From assembly GCA_951406725.2 (NCBI GenBank), contig OX597825.1:54064001-54128000 (forward strand): 64,000 nt of DNA, given 5' to 3'. Source of the DNA: Octopus vulgaris. Taxonomy: Eukaryota. Position 1 is the stretch's first letter. Each line of letters opens with the position of its first letter. Of the stretch, positions 13,824-27,742 are shown piece by piece. The position numbers and the translations under genes are program-made. The notes below the pieces were generated by a model that was given only the letters and a program-made list of their open reading frames with translations, searched no databases and was not told the DNA's origin.

Positions 13824-15923
13824 CTCTCTCTCATTCACTTTTTCTCATTTCCTCTACTGTCCTACCACTGACAACCGTCTTTTATATGATAGTACTTCAG
13901 AAACTAGTAAAATACCACAAGAATTGTACATTAATTACCTTATATCATAATTGGTATCAAAAGTGTACTTATATTTAGCAATTAATAGCTGTTCGAATTC
14001 CTATCTTTAAATTCATTTTGGAACGAACTTCAATGAGAATTGCAATTTGTATTGAAAGGTCTCCTTCACACCTAATAATCGACCTACCTCAGCTAAATTC
14101 AATAAAAGTAAATTCACTATGATAAAATCAAAAGGTAAATTTAAACCTGTTAAATTACCTCCCCTGCCTTTTGATCCGGAAGGAATTACTTCTGTCAGTT
14201 CAGTGACCTTCTTATTAAGTGCCGCTATTTTCACTCAATTATCTCCTAAATACGGTACTTCTTGTCTTATAAGTTAAACTGATGGTACAAACCTCATCTT
14301 AACACACATACATCACTTCCCTATATCACATAAGAAATTAAATTTGGGGACAACCTATCAAATCACTCTTGTCCCCTATTTTGCTGTGTTATTTCTCAGA
14401 ACGATCAGTGCTAGTAATACAATTGACCTGATTGCTATAGAGAAAGATTAACATTAAAAGAACAGATCTTCGTGCTCACGTGAAGGATTAACGACGTCAG
14501 AGAGTGAAATTAATGAATGATTTGACACGATCAATGATTTATCACCATCTTACAAGCTACTTTCTATTGAATTCACTATAGCATTATATTGCATCTCATT
14601 ACTTAGAATTAAAAGTTTATAACCAGATGGTATGATAATGTAAATTCTGTTCATTGCCAATTGATGACGTGAGGAATGTAGAGTTTTTATGCCACCTTTT
14701 GTTAAATTGTTTCTTACTAGTTTGCTTCCTCTCTGCATTAAACTGGAAACTAGTTTGATTGGTTTGTGATGGTGCAAAAATAAGATTTCTTTAAAAATTA
14801 GTTGATACAACGTTCAGATACCAGACAAATTTTGAGTTCGAGCACGTTGGATCAATAAATGAAATGCATTGATCAAATTTAAACAGGTGTATAGCAGATA
14901 AGATGTCGTGTAAAACCAATTTATTACAATGTTAGGTCACACATTGGTAAGAAATAGCTTCCGCTGACTTGAATAAGTGCATAAGTTTACTATCACTCAT
15001 TCTGTTAACCCCGTCAAGATGAAACCCCAAATCCAGAACATACTTGATCTCAGAAATTAGAGCAAATAACCCAAATATCCCAATTTACTTAGCTAAATAA
15101 AACCACCTCCATCCAAAACAAATTCCAACCGACTTGATACAAAATCCCAAATAAATGAACATCACTAACTGTAGCAATGTTTGTGCAGCCACGCCATTTT
15201 CTTTTGGTGTTGTACGATATTTAGCACGTTTATCCATGTAATAATTTATCTATTACATTACCACAGAACGTCACAATAAATAACAGGCTAAAATTTATTT
15301 AGATCGTTATTTATTCATTTATTTATTTTGCGATCAATCTAAATAACATGATAAGGGTCAAACTTCTGCACCGTAATAACTTTAATGTCGGGGATAATGC
15401 CGGCAATAGCTATTAATATTTTGTTGCACTAATAGCATTTTTTAATACTTTAGAAGCGGCTAGTGCTCGGCAGATACAGACACACTGGACAGGCTCTAAA
15501 ATGTTTCCTTGGGTTGCCATGACACTTGCTTACTAAAATATTAAAATCGTTTTTACGCACCTCTGTTTCTCGCTTCTACTAATACCATTTCATCTTCATT
15601 TTCTCTGGGTTTGTTAAGCAGTACACCACGCCCCACAAATCTATCTATTAATCCCTGCTCCCATTCTCTCATTATCGTCGTCACTTTCACTCTTTAAATA
15701 ATTTGATCCAGTATTGCAGATGACTTTTAGAACTCACCGTTGTGTATTCCGAGATATTATTACGTACATCAAGTAACATAAGTTGAAAGTAAATGTCAAC
15801 CTCAAAAACCTTTACCAAATAAATAAATGAATATAGTATTTCGTGTTTATTGATTATAATTATGTGAATATAGCAACTCTGACTTACAACCACACATGAT
15901 TATGTTTCTATGTTGGAAGCAGC

Positions 15924-15998
<75 letters not shown>

Positions 15999-16319
15999 GT
16001 GTGTGTGTGTGTGTATTTTTAATACTTTTTGACGAAGAACATCTGCAGGGAAGAACTCTATTTGAAATATTTTATCTCAACATTATTTCATGTTGTATAT
16101 CTACACCTACACATGGAAATTATTATATAAAAATAAAATGATTTCAGAGTTCTACCTGATATGCGGTTCAAGTGACATACAATAGGATTGTGGTAATAAT
16201 ATGGTCGCAGTAGAGCAACAAAATTTTGATATATTGAGAAGCATACCAAAAGTAAATATATCATTATATATTAACGGAGTATGTAGATACATACAGACAT
16301 ATATATAAACACACATATA

Positions 16320-16369
<50 letters not shown>

Positions 16370-16454
16370 TACATACATACATACATACATACATACATAC
16401 ATACATACATACATACACATATATATATATGTATATATATACATATATACGTAA

Positions 16455-17075
16455 ACTAAAAGAAGGAAAATGCACTTTTCATAGCTTTAATATATTTTTA
16501 AATATATTTTATATTGTGTTTGTCGCCCAGTTTCGCTTTCGCTAATCATGACATTGAAATTATTATAAGTTCCTATATTCTTAAGATGTTAGTCCATGTT
16601 GTATGTGGAGAAGTTTATGAATGAATGATTCAACGAGTAGAAAGATCTAAGGAGAGGTAATTAGTGACCGTTATTATTAGGTAGAGGAGAGGCACTATGT
16701 ACAGTGATGTGTGTATGATCATAAATTAAAATACATACTCAGATCAAACTTGGTTAATTAGACGTGTTCTGTATTTTTTTATGAACAATTTTTTTTATAT
16801 CTAAACGTTTTTGTATTGAAATTGTTTCTTTTAACTGGTAGATGGAGAAAGCTGCGAAGTTTGGTTGGATATTCTCTACACATCTCTGTATGTCTTCACT
16901 CAATAGAATCTCTCTGTATTGCAGGAACCGTATGTGTCTTCTTGTCTTTCTTATATAGTTATGACCACAACCTGAGCACGGTTTAACAAAAATCAGATTC
17001 TCGGAAGCACAAGGAAAGTTGGTTTAAATTTTGAACCTCTGTCCTTGTTTCAGTAGGGATACGAAGCCTTCCACA
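16455..17075 (-). mobile_element. Older Penelope-like element 3' end (GIY-YIG tail plus pLTR), same family as 56425-58260
   Basis: Colinear similarity to 56425-57170, including TCCATGTTGT.TGTG, AGACGTGTT.TGTATTTTT, GAACCTCTGT.CTTGTTT and the GTTTCGCT.TCGCTA motif. Confidence 0.8.
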
Positions 17076-17127
17076 AAACGGCGAAAATTTAATAGAAATT
17101 TTAAATGAATTTTAATATTAATATGAA

Positions 17128-17343
17128 GTCGGTGAGCTGCCAGACTCCTTAGCACCCCAAGCCAAATGCTTAGTGGCATTTCGTCTTTCTTCACGTACTG
17201 AGTTTAAATTATATCGAGGTCGACTTCGTCTTTCATCCTTTCATGGTCGATAAGATAAGTATCAGTTTACTACTGGAGTTGGTGTAATGGATTTACACTC
17301 TTACCTGAAATTGCCGACTTTGTACCAAACTTTGAAACCAATA
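17128..17343 (+). mobile_element. SINE family B
   Basis: GTCGGTGAGCTGCCAGA head, GAGGTCGACTT..CTTTCATCCTTTC core, TTTGAAACCAAT tail. Confidence 0.85.
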
Positions 17344-17344
17344 T

Positions 17345-17737
17345 GAGTGGCTGTGTGGTAAGTAGCTTGCTTACCAACCACATGGTTCAAGGTTCATTTC
17401 GTTGGGCAAGTGTCTATAGCCTTGGGCCGACCAAAGCCATGTGGGTGGATTTGGTAGACAGAAACTGAAAGAAGCCCGTCGTGTATATATATATACATAT
17501 ATGTGTGTGTGTGTGTGTGTGGCTGTGTGTCTGTGTTTGTCCCCCCCCCCCCAACATCGCTTGACAACCGACACTGGTGCATTTACGTCCCCGTAATCTA
17601 GCGGTTCGGCAAAAGTGACCGATAGAATAAGCACTAGGCTTACAAGGAATATGTTCTGGGGTCGATTTGCTCGACTAAAGGCCGTGCTCTTGCATGGTCG
17701 CAGTCAAATAACTGAAACAAATAAAAGAATAAAAGAA
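17345..17737 (+). mobile_element. SINE family A, near full length, abutting the family-B copy
   Basis: GAGTGGCTGTGTGGTAAGTAGCTTGC head through GACTAAAGG...AACTGAAACAAATAAAAG tail. Confidence 0.92.
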
Positions 17738-20712
17738 ATATGAAACCTCAAAGTAACTACGTAGACACATTCTTTTGTTAGTATTGATGCACAGAAACAA
17801 AGCTTGAAAGATCCGTCTTAAAATTCTTAACCTTTTTTCCCTGTGCGTCAACAACATAGAAACAGTGTCTTCACATTGTACATATCTATTTACAACACAC
17901 TGAGATTTTATAATATTTACATACACGCGCATATATAAGTGTCTATGCATGTACATAAATTCATATATATAACGAGAGAGAGAAAAAAATAGTGAGATTT
18001 TATACGTAAGACGATAATAACTTGTGGAAGCGGATGTTCATATCTTTATCATTATTCATATTAATGTATATTTGTCTCTGGAGCTATGGCTATAATGCTT
18101 GCTGAATGATATGCAAATCCACATTAAGTCTATACATGTTTTAACTATATCAATATAATTCAGGATAGCAAATGTATAAATTTTTATGCTGTATTTCCTT
18201 TGATATATTTCCTCTCTTATATGCATATTTCATTTAGTTGCAGCGAAAACATATATTCGGCATTGAAACCTCGGCTCACCACCAATAAATTTAAATTTAA
18301 TTTAAATAATGCTTTTACTAGCCATAAAGTTGCGAAATAAATGGAATTGATAATCCTATTCTAGTCAAAATGGTAAATTATTTTATACTTGGTTATGAGC
18401 CGTTAGATTTTCTCCTGTTTATTTTTAATGGCATCGAAATTATGAAATTCTAAGTCAGCCACATAAAGAATGTACTAGAAAGAAACTAATATGATCTTTG
18501 TAAATAACCATTTGACATTTTAAGCAAAGAATATAACTGAATAAGATGAGAAAAAATATTTTTACAGCTTCCTATGAACAGAATAATTGTGTTTATCAAA
18601 TAACTCATTGGAATAAATGTTCTGAGAATGTTCTAGAGTATGTCAAACACTAAGCCGTTTCTATGTGAGGAGCTGTTGTTTAAACAACAGTTACATCTCC
18701 ATGACAAGCAACTGTGATAATACCACTTCATTGCCAGCACATTATACGATCACTGAATTAGAATGACGCCAGATGATTTATGTCGCGTGTTCAAAATGGA
18801 ACAAAAGTCTGTGACTGGGAGAGTGTCAGAATATCTAAATCGTGATAAGAGTCAACGGCTTAGTCAGAACTTAAGATTTATTGGATGATATTCTGATACC
18901 GTGAATTTATAAAGCCAGTCGAGATTCTATAGTTAATTTCTTGAACTCCGGAGGCTTCTCTAACAGCAAATGATGAACATCGGATTAAAGCAGGTATTGT
19001 GGTAATGTAATTATGTTCGGAGTGTGTTTCTTATATAACAACATACAATTACAGTCTTAGTAATATTGAGAAAAGCCAAGGATTCTTTGAATGCAATGAA
19101 TCACAAGGTGATATTATTACATCTATAGATAATTCCTTCTCTCATGAATACTGCTGAAACTAGAGATATCTCATGTAATATGAGACAAAGTGCTAGTTTG
19201 GAAACAATCCTGATCCATTTATATTTCCTGATAGGATTTAATATCGATCACATTAAGAAACGCATTCGTATTCTCTGTTTTTATATTTTATTCGTCTTTT
19301 GTTTGTTGTTGCTTTTTGCAATTGTTATTTATTTCAAATGTTCGTGTGATATACTTTATCTCACAAATCATACACATATTTTCATGTTTGATATTTTTGA
19401 TTCGTATAACTGTCCTCTTTTGGTATGGACAAATGGAATAGTAATTTCCTACTTTATTAGCAGTGAACATGTCCTGTAATGCAGAAATAAGGAAAATATA
19501 TGATGATGGTGATGATAATGATGACAACGAAGATGAATGTGATAATGATGACGACGATGACAACGATCAACGAAAATTAAGAGTTTGCGACCGGATTTCA
19601 AGTTTGTTTTCCATACTTTATATGGAGACATCCAGTGACGAAAATACAAACAAATTAAACAATTCAACGTCTGGTTCTTTAAATATATGCGGACTCGATA
19701 TACTACCAGAGAGAAATCAGTATATCACCCCTCGTATACATGGAGAATAGCACCGCTAGAATACGTTCATCCTGTCTTTAAATACTACGTTGGACTCGTA
19801 TCATATAATTTAACCGACTAGTATATAAGAGACCAACATATATCTACAATAGTTTTATGGAAAGTGGTATATATATAATAGTATGGGGGAGACTATTTCT
19901 AGCGTGTCAAGCGACTACGTTCCAGTTATTTCGTTGTATTCTACTGTTGTAGATGAAGACAACGGAGCAGACGCTCAAACTGCTCTTAAATTATTTCACA
20001 TTATTTCCGAAGTTGATGATCCTTCGAATATTTACGTCACATCTCATTACAGCAAGTCAAAAAACTATCAATATTTCATGCTTTAAAATCAAAAATTTTC
20101 AACAGATTGACACATACATCAATTTCAAATTTCTGGATAGAATTTAAATGATTATCATAAAATCATTTGACGAGATTTGCATCAGATTGATTTCTCTTGG
20201 AACCATAAATTATTTTATCTCTGAACTAACCTGTGAAAATTTAGTCTTCATATGGTGATTGCATGGAAGAATATAACTGAGTGGATACCAATTCCTCTCT
20301 GCATTGCACTCTTCATTGAAAACCACTTTCATATTGCTTTATCTCTACTTATTAATGATAAAACTGCACAAATCTACTACGCTGAATGAGAGTAAAGTGG
20401 AGACGGATTTTGAAGATTTCAAGTGTCTACTCTAATGGTGATAATCAGACAATTAAGAGCCTCTTCGAGCAGTTTCCTTCTCACAATCGGCCACATATGA
20501 AAATGTATTTAGCAGAAAAATTTCAAAACACTTCGTCACCCACACTAATCTCTCAACAGTTAAATATCTGTTAACGATTTGCATTGGTTTACTAAAACTT
20601 AAATAATAATCAGACATTTTAACCGAACGACAGTGTAAATATTTCGGAGTAATGATCACCGATCACAGACGTCTCTGCGCTTGTTAACACATGTGCGCGT
20701 GTTTGAGTGTGT

Positions 20713-20787
<75 letters not shown>

Positions 20788-21324
20788 CGTGCGTACGTGC
20801 GTGTGTCTGTGTGTTTGTGTGTGTAAATAATTACTAATCCATAGAAGTATGGAAATGCACCGAGGGACGTAGAGTTGTATCACCAACTGCATCGACACAA
20901 CTCCACGTCCCTCGAATATTAGACTTCTGAGCATCAAACAAAGTGAAACAGGTTAAATGTATTGCTTTTAAAACATGAATAAATTCTCTTATACAATCTC
21001 ATGGCATTTTTAATGTCTTTTCTTTCCTCAATACAAATATACATTCACGAACAAAGGTGGATAGATAGAGAGATAGAGAGAAAGAGAGAGAGAAAGAGAG
21101 AGATAAAAAGATAGACAGACAAGAAGACAGAGAGAAGACATGCATGCATGCATGTATGCATGCATGCATACATACATACATACATACATACATACATACA
21201 TACATACATACATGCATGCACATGCGTAGATATACAAATATGTACGTATGAATACGTGAATGTCGGTATATGTGTTATATATCTTTTAACTTTTACTTGT
21301 GTCCGTCATTGGACTTTGACTTTA

Positions 21325-21440
21325 CTAACTTACCAAGTTGAAGGGACTTAGTCGAATGGATCTACATCATAACTTATATTTTTGAAACCTGAAACTTATT
21401 CTATCGGTCTTTTTTATCCGAACCGCTCGGTTATGGGTGG
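21325..21440 (-). mobile_element. SINE family A 3' fragment
   Basis: CTTATTCTATCGGTC...CCGAACCGCT matches the reverse complement of the family-A body. Confidence 0.6.
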
Positions 21441-21599
21441 GAATCCAGCAGAATTTATAGGACATTTATAAGTAGAAAGATAGTCTTTCTGGGATATTAG
21501 GGATATTAGGAATATTCCTTCATCAGAGACGATATGAGGGAGTTAACAAGAGGGAAACAGTAGAGTTTAATATAAGGAGTTATTTTGAAAATGTAGGAG

Positions 21600-22314
21600 T
21601 GACGCGTTAAGAGCCAGCAGTTGGGTCCCTGCGATCGATGTCAATCTAGGTCGACCGCACAGATCACAAATTTGTGGCCTGTGTAGCAGACGAGTTTAGA
21701 AACTAAATAACTTATGCTATCCTCTTCTACTGGTCTACAGAATATCAAGATGGCCTGATGCGTTTCGTGCATGTCCCGACTAGCACATTCGGGCAATCTA
21801 ATCAGTACCGGCAGATTGTTGATGGCTTCTACATCAACCACTCTTCTAACAGCTGGTCTCAAACAGTCTAAACGTGCGTCCAAGATAGCGTTCCAGTCAC
21901 CCATTCCTACTAAAAATCGCGATGTTCCCACAAAATCCTCTAAACGTCTAAAGAAACCCAGCTGTCCTGCCCCTGTCGGAGCATAGACAACCTCCAGTCT
22001 TAAATCACTCCTGTCGCTACTCTCCCATTCCAGGACTACTGACTAGTCCAAGGCGATAAACCTTACCTTGAGATCCAGACCTCTTCAGAACAAGACTGCT
22101 GTTCAATCCACCACACCTTTCCCGGTTGATATGAAGATAAGTAAATCTTGTATCCAACGAAAATAGGCATGAGAGCTTGTCGATTGGAGCACCTGGTTTC
22201 ATTGATAGCCACGATATCTATACTTAGGGAGTGGAGTAGGTGAACTTGCTTCCGAGGCGACTCCAGGGCACGTGCATGTATACTGCCTATTCTAAACAAG
22301 GCCATATTTGTCAA
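21600..22314 (-). pseudogene. Tx1/L1-clade ORF2 N-terminal AP-endonuclease (frameshifted, 3'-truncated)
   Basis: FRIGSIHARAL, DIVAINET, VVYAPTG, LVGMGDWNAILDARLD, TGHKFV and GPNCW match APE motifs. Confidence 0.85.
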
Positions 22315-22929
22315 TTAGTAGAAGAATGAAAAGAAACACTTATCCTATTTCTGTGAAGAGACTTATATTCTGATCGTCTCTTTATCTGTAGCTGTCTTTA
22401 CAAGCATCTCTTTGTAGTCTTTTCTTTATGATCCCACTAAAATCACCAATTCTCTTTGCTGTCTGTCTGTTGCGTTGCTTTAATTTATAATTTTTATTTA
22501 AACGGCGATGTTATGCAGGTGACCGATGTATTCATTTAGAGTAACGTTTGCATTTCTGATTAAACCTTATCAAGTTCTTTTGTTTGTGTCTCTGGCCCTG
22601 TAACTGAAGATACCCTGAGAGTAGAGTTCATGTTGTTGGTCTTAATTGGTGTGCTTTTATGTTTCTTGTAGTGTTTGAAAAAGTGCGAAGTTTGTATTGT
22701 TGTATATGTTCGTAGATGTATCAATGTAAAGTGTGTGGGTGTATGACTGTTTGTTACTTCATGTGTCTCCTCCTCCAATCTCATAATTTTCAGTATTGTG
22801 TCGCACTTTTCATTTTGTAATTTTTTTCCTTTCTTCAGGATCCATTCTGGTGGTTTTCTCAAACTGTTTTTCTCGCTAAAAGAGTTTTCGCTGTTGCAGA
22901 AATCTCTGAAAGGAGGAGAGGTGTCAGGG

Positions 22930-23567
22930 GCCTACGCAAAGTTTTCAAAAAGTTTTCATCGTTCTCGGCACAATCAACGAGATCTTATGCACGTGAAACC
23001 CGAGTCTTATTTTGGCCAGCTGAAAGCAGTTTTGTCGCAAACATTGCAGACACGCGTCTCATACCCAAATCTACAATGATAATGAACTGAACCATAACTT
23101 ATCTGCACATCTCATAACTCACGGATGATAATTCCACGATTTCCCCACCTCAGCTGCAAGCACAGCTGCAAGCACATCTGCAATGTTTTTTTTCAGTTCT
23201 GCTGGTTGCAGGTCTCCCAAAACGTTCATCACTATCGACATTTTTCGGCCGTCTTGGAAATGTCTGAACCACCCGTACACTTGTGTGTGTGTCATACGTT
23301 CCCTCCCATACAGTTTCTGCAACTTTGCTTAGGCTTCTGAGCAGGCATCGTCATGACAACTTTGTCTGCAATTGATAATGCGACGATCACACGCTACACA
23401 CCTTCCTTCTAAGCACTGCTGTAAGCATCGGAAGCATGATAGAATGTTAAACTTAGTGCACCTGCATAGCAGAGTCCAGTGCCAATCTTTAAAAAGCAGC
23501 TTCACTCTGTGTGCTTTAGCTTCGTTGCTATAGCATGAGTCTGGATACTTAATGATGAGACCTCGTA
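22930..23567 (-). mobile_element. Mariner transposon 5' portion (TIR plus HTH region of transposase)
   Basis: Minus strand starts TACGAGGTCTCATCATTAAGTATCCAGACT (mariner TIR after TA). It translates MQKLYGRERMTHTQVYGWFRHFQDGR, then ISYGSV and DLGMRRV. Confidence 0.88.
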
Positions 23568-24245
23568 TGCTCGTATAATGTCATTTATTTGTTTTCTCTA
23601 TTCTGTTTTTAGTCGTCAGGTTGCGTGATGAAGTGGTTGGGAGTATTATTACTCCATTTGGGTTTTCTGTTAGGGCACGGTCTATCTTTTATTGTCTCCA
23701 GCCTCCGTAATCTATTGTGTCCGTCCTAGGTGTCGATAAGATCCATATATCTATGTTCTCAAGCGAGCCGCCATGCTCTATTTCAGTGTGTTGGTAGCGT
23801 ACTGACTACATTTTCTCCTTCTTGAGCTCCCACCAGTTTCTATTTACCCGCTCACCTATGGTAAGTGCTGTCTCTCCAATATACGTCATTACCCAGATTC
23901 TACACCGTCCTTCTCTACGCTTTATACTATAAATTATGTTCTTAATTTTACAGTTTATCTGTGGGTTTCCTCTTCACGTTATAAAGTTCCTATTTAAAAA
24001 GTGGGTTTGTTCAAATATGTATGTTCTACAGAATAGGGATTTTACGGCGTGTCCCTTGTCTCTCTACCGCTTTAATCCGTTGATTCAACTAATCTAAATT
24101 TTTTCTTTAAAAAATATGTTAGTTCGCCTCCGGGTTTAGCATCTACGAACATGACGTACCTTGAGTTGGCCTTCCCTAACTTCCGCTTAGTTCTTTGAAT
24201 GCAATTCCAGAATTTACTCCGTTATAGCAGTCTTGTATTTTCCTT

Positions 24246-24746
24246 GTACCCATGCATGCAGTGGATGAAATGTTATGGCCACCTGAATGGTCGCGGACGT
24301 ATCTAAGCTTACGTATGAGGAACGTCTCCAACGGCTGACATTACCTTCACTCGAACGACGAAGGATGCGGGGAGATCTCATCATGGCATTCAACATCTTC
24401 ACCGGGAATGTTAACCTACCATTTGCGGAGTTTTCCATCCATGCGTCGGATAGAGGTCTTCGCGGGCATGATCGCAAACTCAAGCCCGACACTTTCGACT
24501 CGATAGGCGGAAGGCCGCATTATCCGTCCGCATCGCAGCCCAGTGGAACAAGCTACCACAAGATGGCATTCAACTGCGCACCACTTCCCTGTTCAAAGAG
24601 GCTCAGAACAATTGCGGCGACTATGTATAAAACTGTAAATAACAATAACTGTTTTTTGTTTTTCTTTTGTTTTGTTTTTTCACATGGCTTAAGCACATTG
24701 TGCTCTTCTCCTGCCAATAAATTTGATTTGATTTGATTTGATTTGA
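24246..24746 (+). mobile_element. CR1/L2-type LINE 3' end with (ATTTG)n tail
   Basis: YEERLQRLTLPSLERRRMRGDLIMAFNIFTG and RGHDRKL; AATAAA followed by (ATTTG)5; CTTG at both junctions. Confidence 0.88.
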
Positions 24747-25145
24747 CTTGAATGTGTCTTTCTAATTCTGATGGGTCACACATGTGGAGACGTTTCTCAT
24801 CCCTATTATCCCTACTGCTATTAATATATTGATAGTGACACGCACATAAGAATCAAATACACATGCTAAAGACAAAATGATTAAGAGAATATATATATAT
24901 ATATATAAAACTAAATAAACAGTGTACAATACAAACCCGTATACACGCGCGCAGGAGACTCGTACTAATCACAAATACAACACACACACACAACACGCGC
25001 ACAAACACACACACCCCGTAAACGCAGAAGGTCAAAATGGAAGAGTCAAGACAAGAGAAGATACACTGAACAGAGAATTACTGCAGAAGCCACTATATTG
25101 GAGTCGAACGAACTTTGACAATCTTGCATAGCAGATATATAAACG

Positions 25146-25194
<49 letters not shown>

Positions 25195-25195
<1 letters not shown>

Positions 25196-25331
25196 TGTTG
25201 TGTCCGGGGAGAGTCATTCTCTTTTAGTGCCTTATGATTTAACACACTCACCGGTAAAATTTCCGCTTATTTATTTTTTTATTTTTCTAAAGCCTTCGTT
25301 GCGTCTTGCAAGCTTTTCAATAGTTTTGACT

Positions 25332-25333
<2 letters not shown>
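25195..25333 (+). repeat. Dispersed repeat family C (probable PLE pLTR derivative) between (TA)n arrays
   Basis: Closely similar to 59580-59719 and, inverted, to 60060-60135. Confidence 0.8.
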
Positions 25334-25402
<69 letters not shown>

Positions 25403-25634
25403 GCAAAGTATAAATAAAGGTCATTATATATACGTTACTGAGAGATTTACTCTATTGGTCTATTGAACAGTTGGAAACAAACTAATAAAGTAATGCTACT
25501 TTCGTCAAACCCATTTCTATCTACACACACATACACATACGCACATCCGTACCCACACACGCACTCACACACACACACACACACACAAACACACATATAT
25601 ATATACATATATACATATATATATATATATTTAC

Positions 25635-25830
25635 TACTTTATCCTTTCATCTTCTACTTGTCTCAGTCATTTGACTGCACCATTTTGGAGCACCGCCTTT
25701 AGTCGAAGATTCATTGTAACCCTAGTACTTATTTTATCGGTCGCTTTTGCCGAATCGCTAGGTGTCGGTGGCGTAAACACATCAACATCGGTTGTCGAGC
25801 GATGGTGGAGGACAATCACACACACACACA
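25635..25830 (-). mobile_element. SINE family A 3' half
   Basis: CAGTCATTTGACTGC...GAGCACCGCCTTTAGTCG...CTTTTGCCGAA is the reverse complement of the family-A tail. Confidence 0.85.
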
Positions 25831-25835
25831 CATAT

Positions 25836-25868
<33 letters not shown>

Positions 25869-25870
<2 letters not shown>

Positions 25871-26804
25871 GTGTAATAAATAAAATACATGCATACATAC
25901 ATATATGTATGTACCTACATCTACATGTATATATACATTCATATATAAATATATATACGTGACTACAGGACACCACAAATAGACGTAGAACTCAACGAGA
26001 AACGAAAACGTAAAAACAAGCATGGAACGGACCTTTTTTTAACAACGAAAAAACAGAGTACAAGACAAACTACACAAGGAAAAACCCCTTCATCAGCTGT
26101 CCCTAGTTAAACTCCAGCTTGTTTCGAAGGTGAGGACAGAACACGACTCGCCGAACTAGCCCTTCCTGCGAAAGAATTAAATAAAATTACTTCGCAGAGG
26201 GGTAAAAACAAGGAAAGAAAAAAATGGGACACAAACAAGACGTAAAAACGATACAAATAAAATTACAAAATAAAATACAAAATAAAATTACAAAATAAAA
26301 ATACAATTACAAAAAATACAATACAAGAAATAAAAACAAACAAGGCAACAAACAAAGAGGGCCTTTTTTGGCCTAGATGAGGAAAGATTCTTAAGAGCGC
26401 AAGAAGACCGTGTTCTTACTGTTAGGAGACCGCAGGTGAAAGGAAGTAGTCGGCCGGCTGTGAGAGAGATGAGGAAGAGTGAGAGAGATGAGGAGGAGTG
26501 AGAGAGAGAGAGAGATAGAGGAAGGCAAGCGGCTGTGAGAGAGGGAGATAGGGAAAGAAGGGAAGGTCAAGCAAAGAGTTACAGAGTTTCGCGTCATAAT
26601 TATATATAAACTCTTACTTGGAGAAGAAGAAGCGAAACGAAACGAATCGAATCGACGCAAGGGCGCTCAGTCATACAATAGTGTAATACATAAAATATAT
26701 GCATACATACATATATGTACGTACCTACATCTACATGTATATATACATGCATATATAAATATATATACGTGAGTACAGGACACCACAAATAGACGTAGAA
26801 CTCA
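25869..26804. repeat. About 810-bp unit bounded by a 126-bp direct repeat
   Basis: 25869-25994 and 26679-26804 are near identical (TAGTGTAATA...ACAGGACACCACAAATAGACGTAGAACTCA). Confidence 0.85.
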
Positions 26805-27027
26805 CGTCTAAATATATTCACTCTTAATGCAACATGAATACTTCAATAACTTAATTTGCCATTACTATCATTACATTGAAGAATGAAATCGATCTTTTTT
26901 ATACTTCAATTTCATGTTTTTCTCTTCTAAAATACACACATGCAGGGGGAGTAAATTTTGTATATAATAATACTATGAACGTGGCTCCTGAGAAACAGTA
27001 AAAGTAACTACCCCATCAACGATGCTA

Positions 27028-27064
<37 letters not shown>

Positions 27065-27068
<4 letters not shown>

Positions 27069-27620
27069 ACGAGCTTTTTTCAGTTTCCGTCTGCCAAATC
27101 CACTCAAAACATGTTGGTCACTTCGGTGCTGTAGTAGATGAGTTTCTTGCTCAAGATACCAAAAAGTGGGACGTGACCGAGAACCATAGGATTGGGGAAA
27201 AAAAACTTCTGACCACACAGCGATGTAGTTATGCAGCAGAAACATATGTCGGACAGATCTAAATTAAATATACTGTATAACTGACTGTAATAATAAAAAA
27301 TGTGTAGATGTGTTAGGTTCCTATTAACTAAATTGTCTTGTGAGTATGTGTATGTATGTGTGTATGCATGTATGTATGCATATGCACCTATAAGAGTGTG
27401 AGACTTTTTGCTTGTGTTCCTTCCCACTACCGAATAATAACCAGATTTCCTTTGTTTACGACCACGTTCACTAGCCGTTCGACAAAAAAGATGATGGAAT
27501 AAGTAAGGGCTTTCTAAACTTTGCCTTAGGGTCGATTCGTTTGACTAAACTCGTTTACGTCGATGTTCCAGTATGACCGCATTCCAAAGACTGAAACAAG
27601 TACAAGAATGAAACAATAAA
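27065..27620. mobile_element. SINE family A halves in opposite orientation: 5' half on minus (27065-27240), 3' half on plus (27400-27620)
   Basis: CAGTTTCCGTCTGCCAAATCCACTC and ACCACACAGC (reverse head); GGGTCGATT..GACTAAA..GACTGAAACAAG (forward tail). Confidence 0.7.
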
Positions 27621-27682
27621 ATACATATGTGTATGTGAACACGTGATTATTGAGCTATGAGGATATTTATATCCAGGCATAC

Positions 27683-27742
<60 letters not shown>

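Larger units (their letters stand above)
22315..25130 (-). mobile_element. Degraded ORF1 and 5' UTR of the same Tx1/L1-like element, interrupted by mariner and CR1/L2 inserts
   Basis: K/T-rich coding-like sequence directly upstream of the endonuclease. Reading MCDPSELERHI|QGKYKTAITE is continuous once 24246-24746 is removed. Boundaries approximate. Confidence 0.5.

Noticed and set aside
20270-20690. Possible further PLE GIY-YIG tail (VKWRRILKISSVYSNG)
   Set aside because: Only one weak motif; too degraded to support a call.
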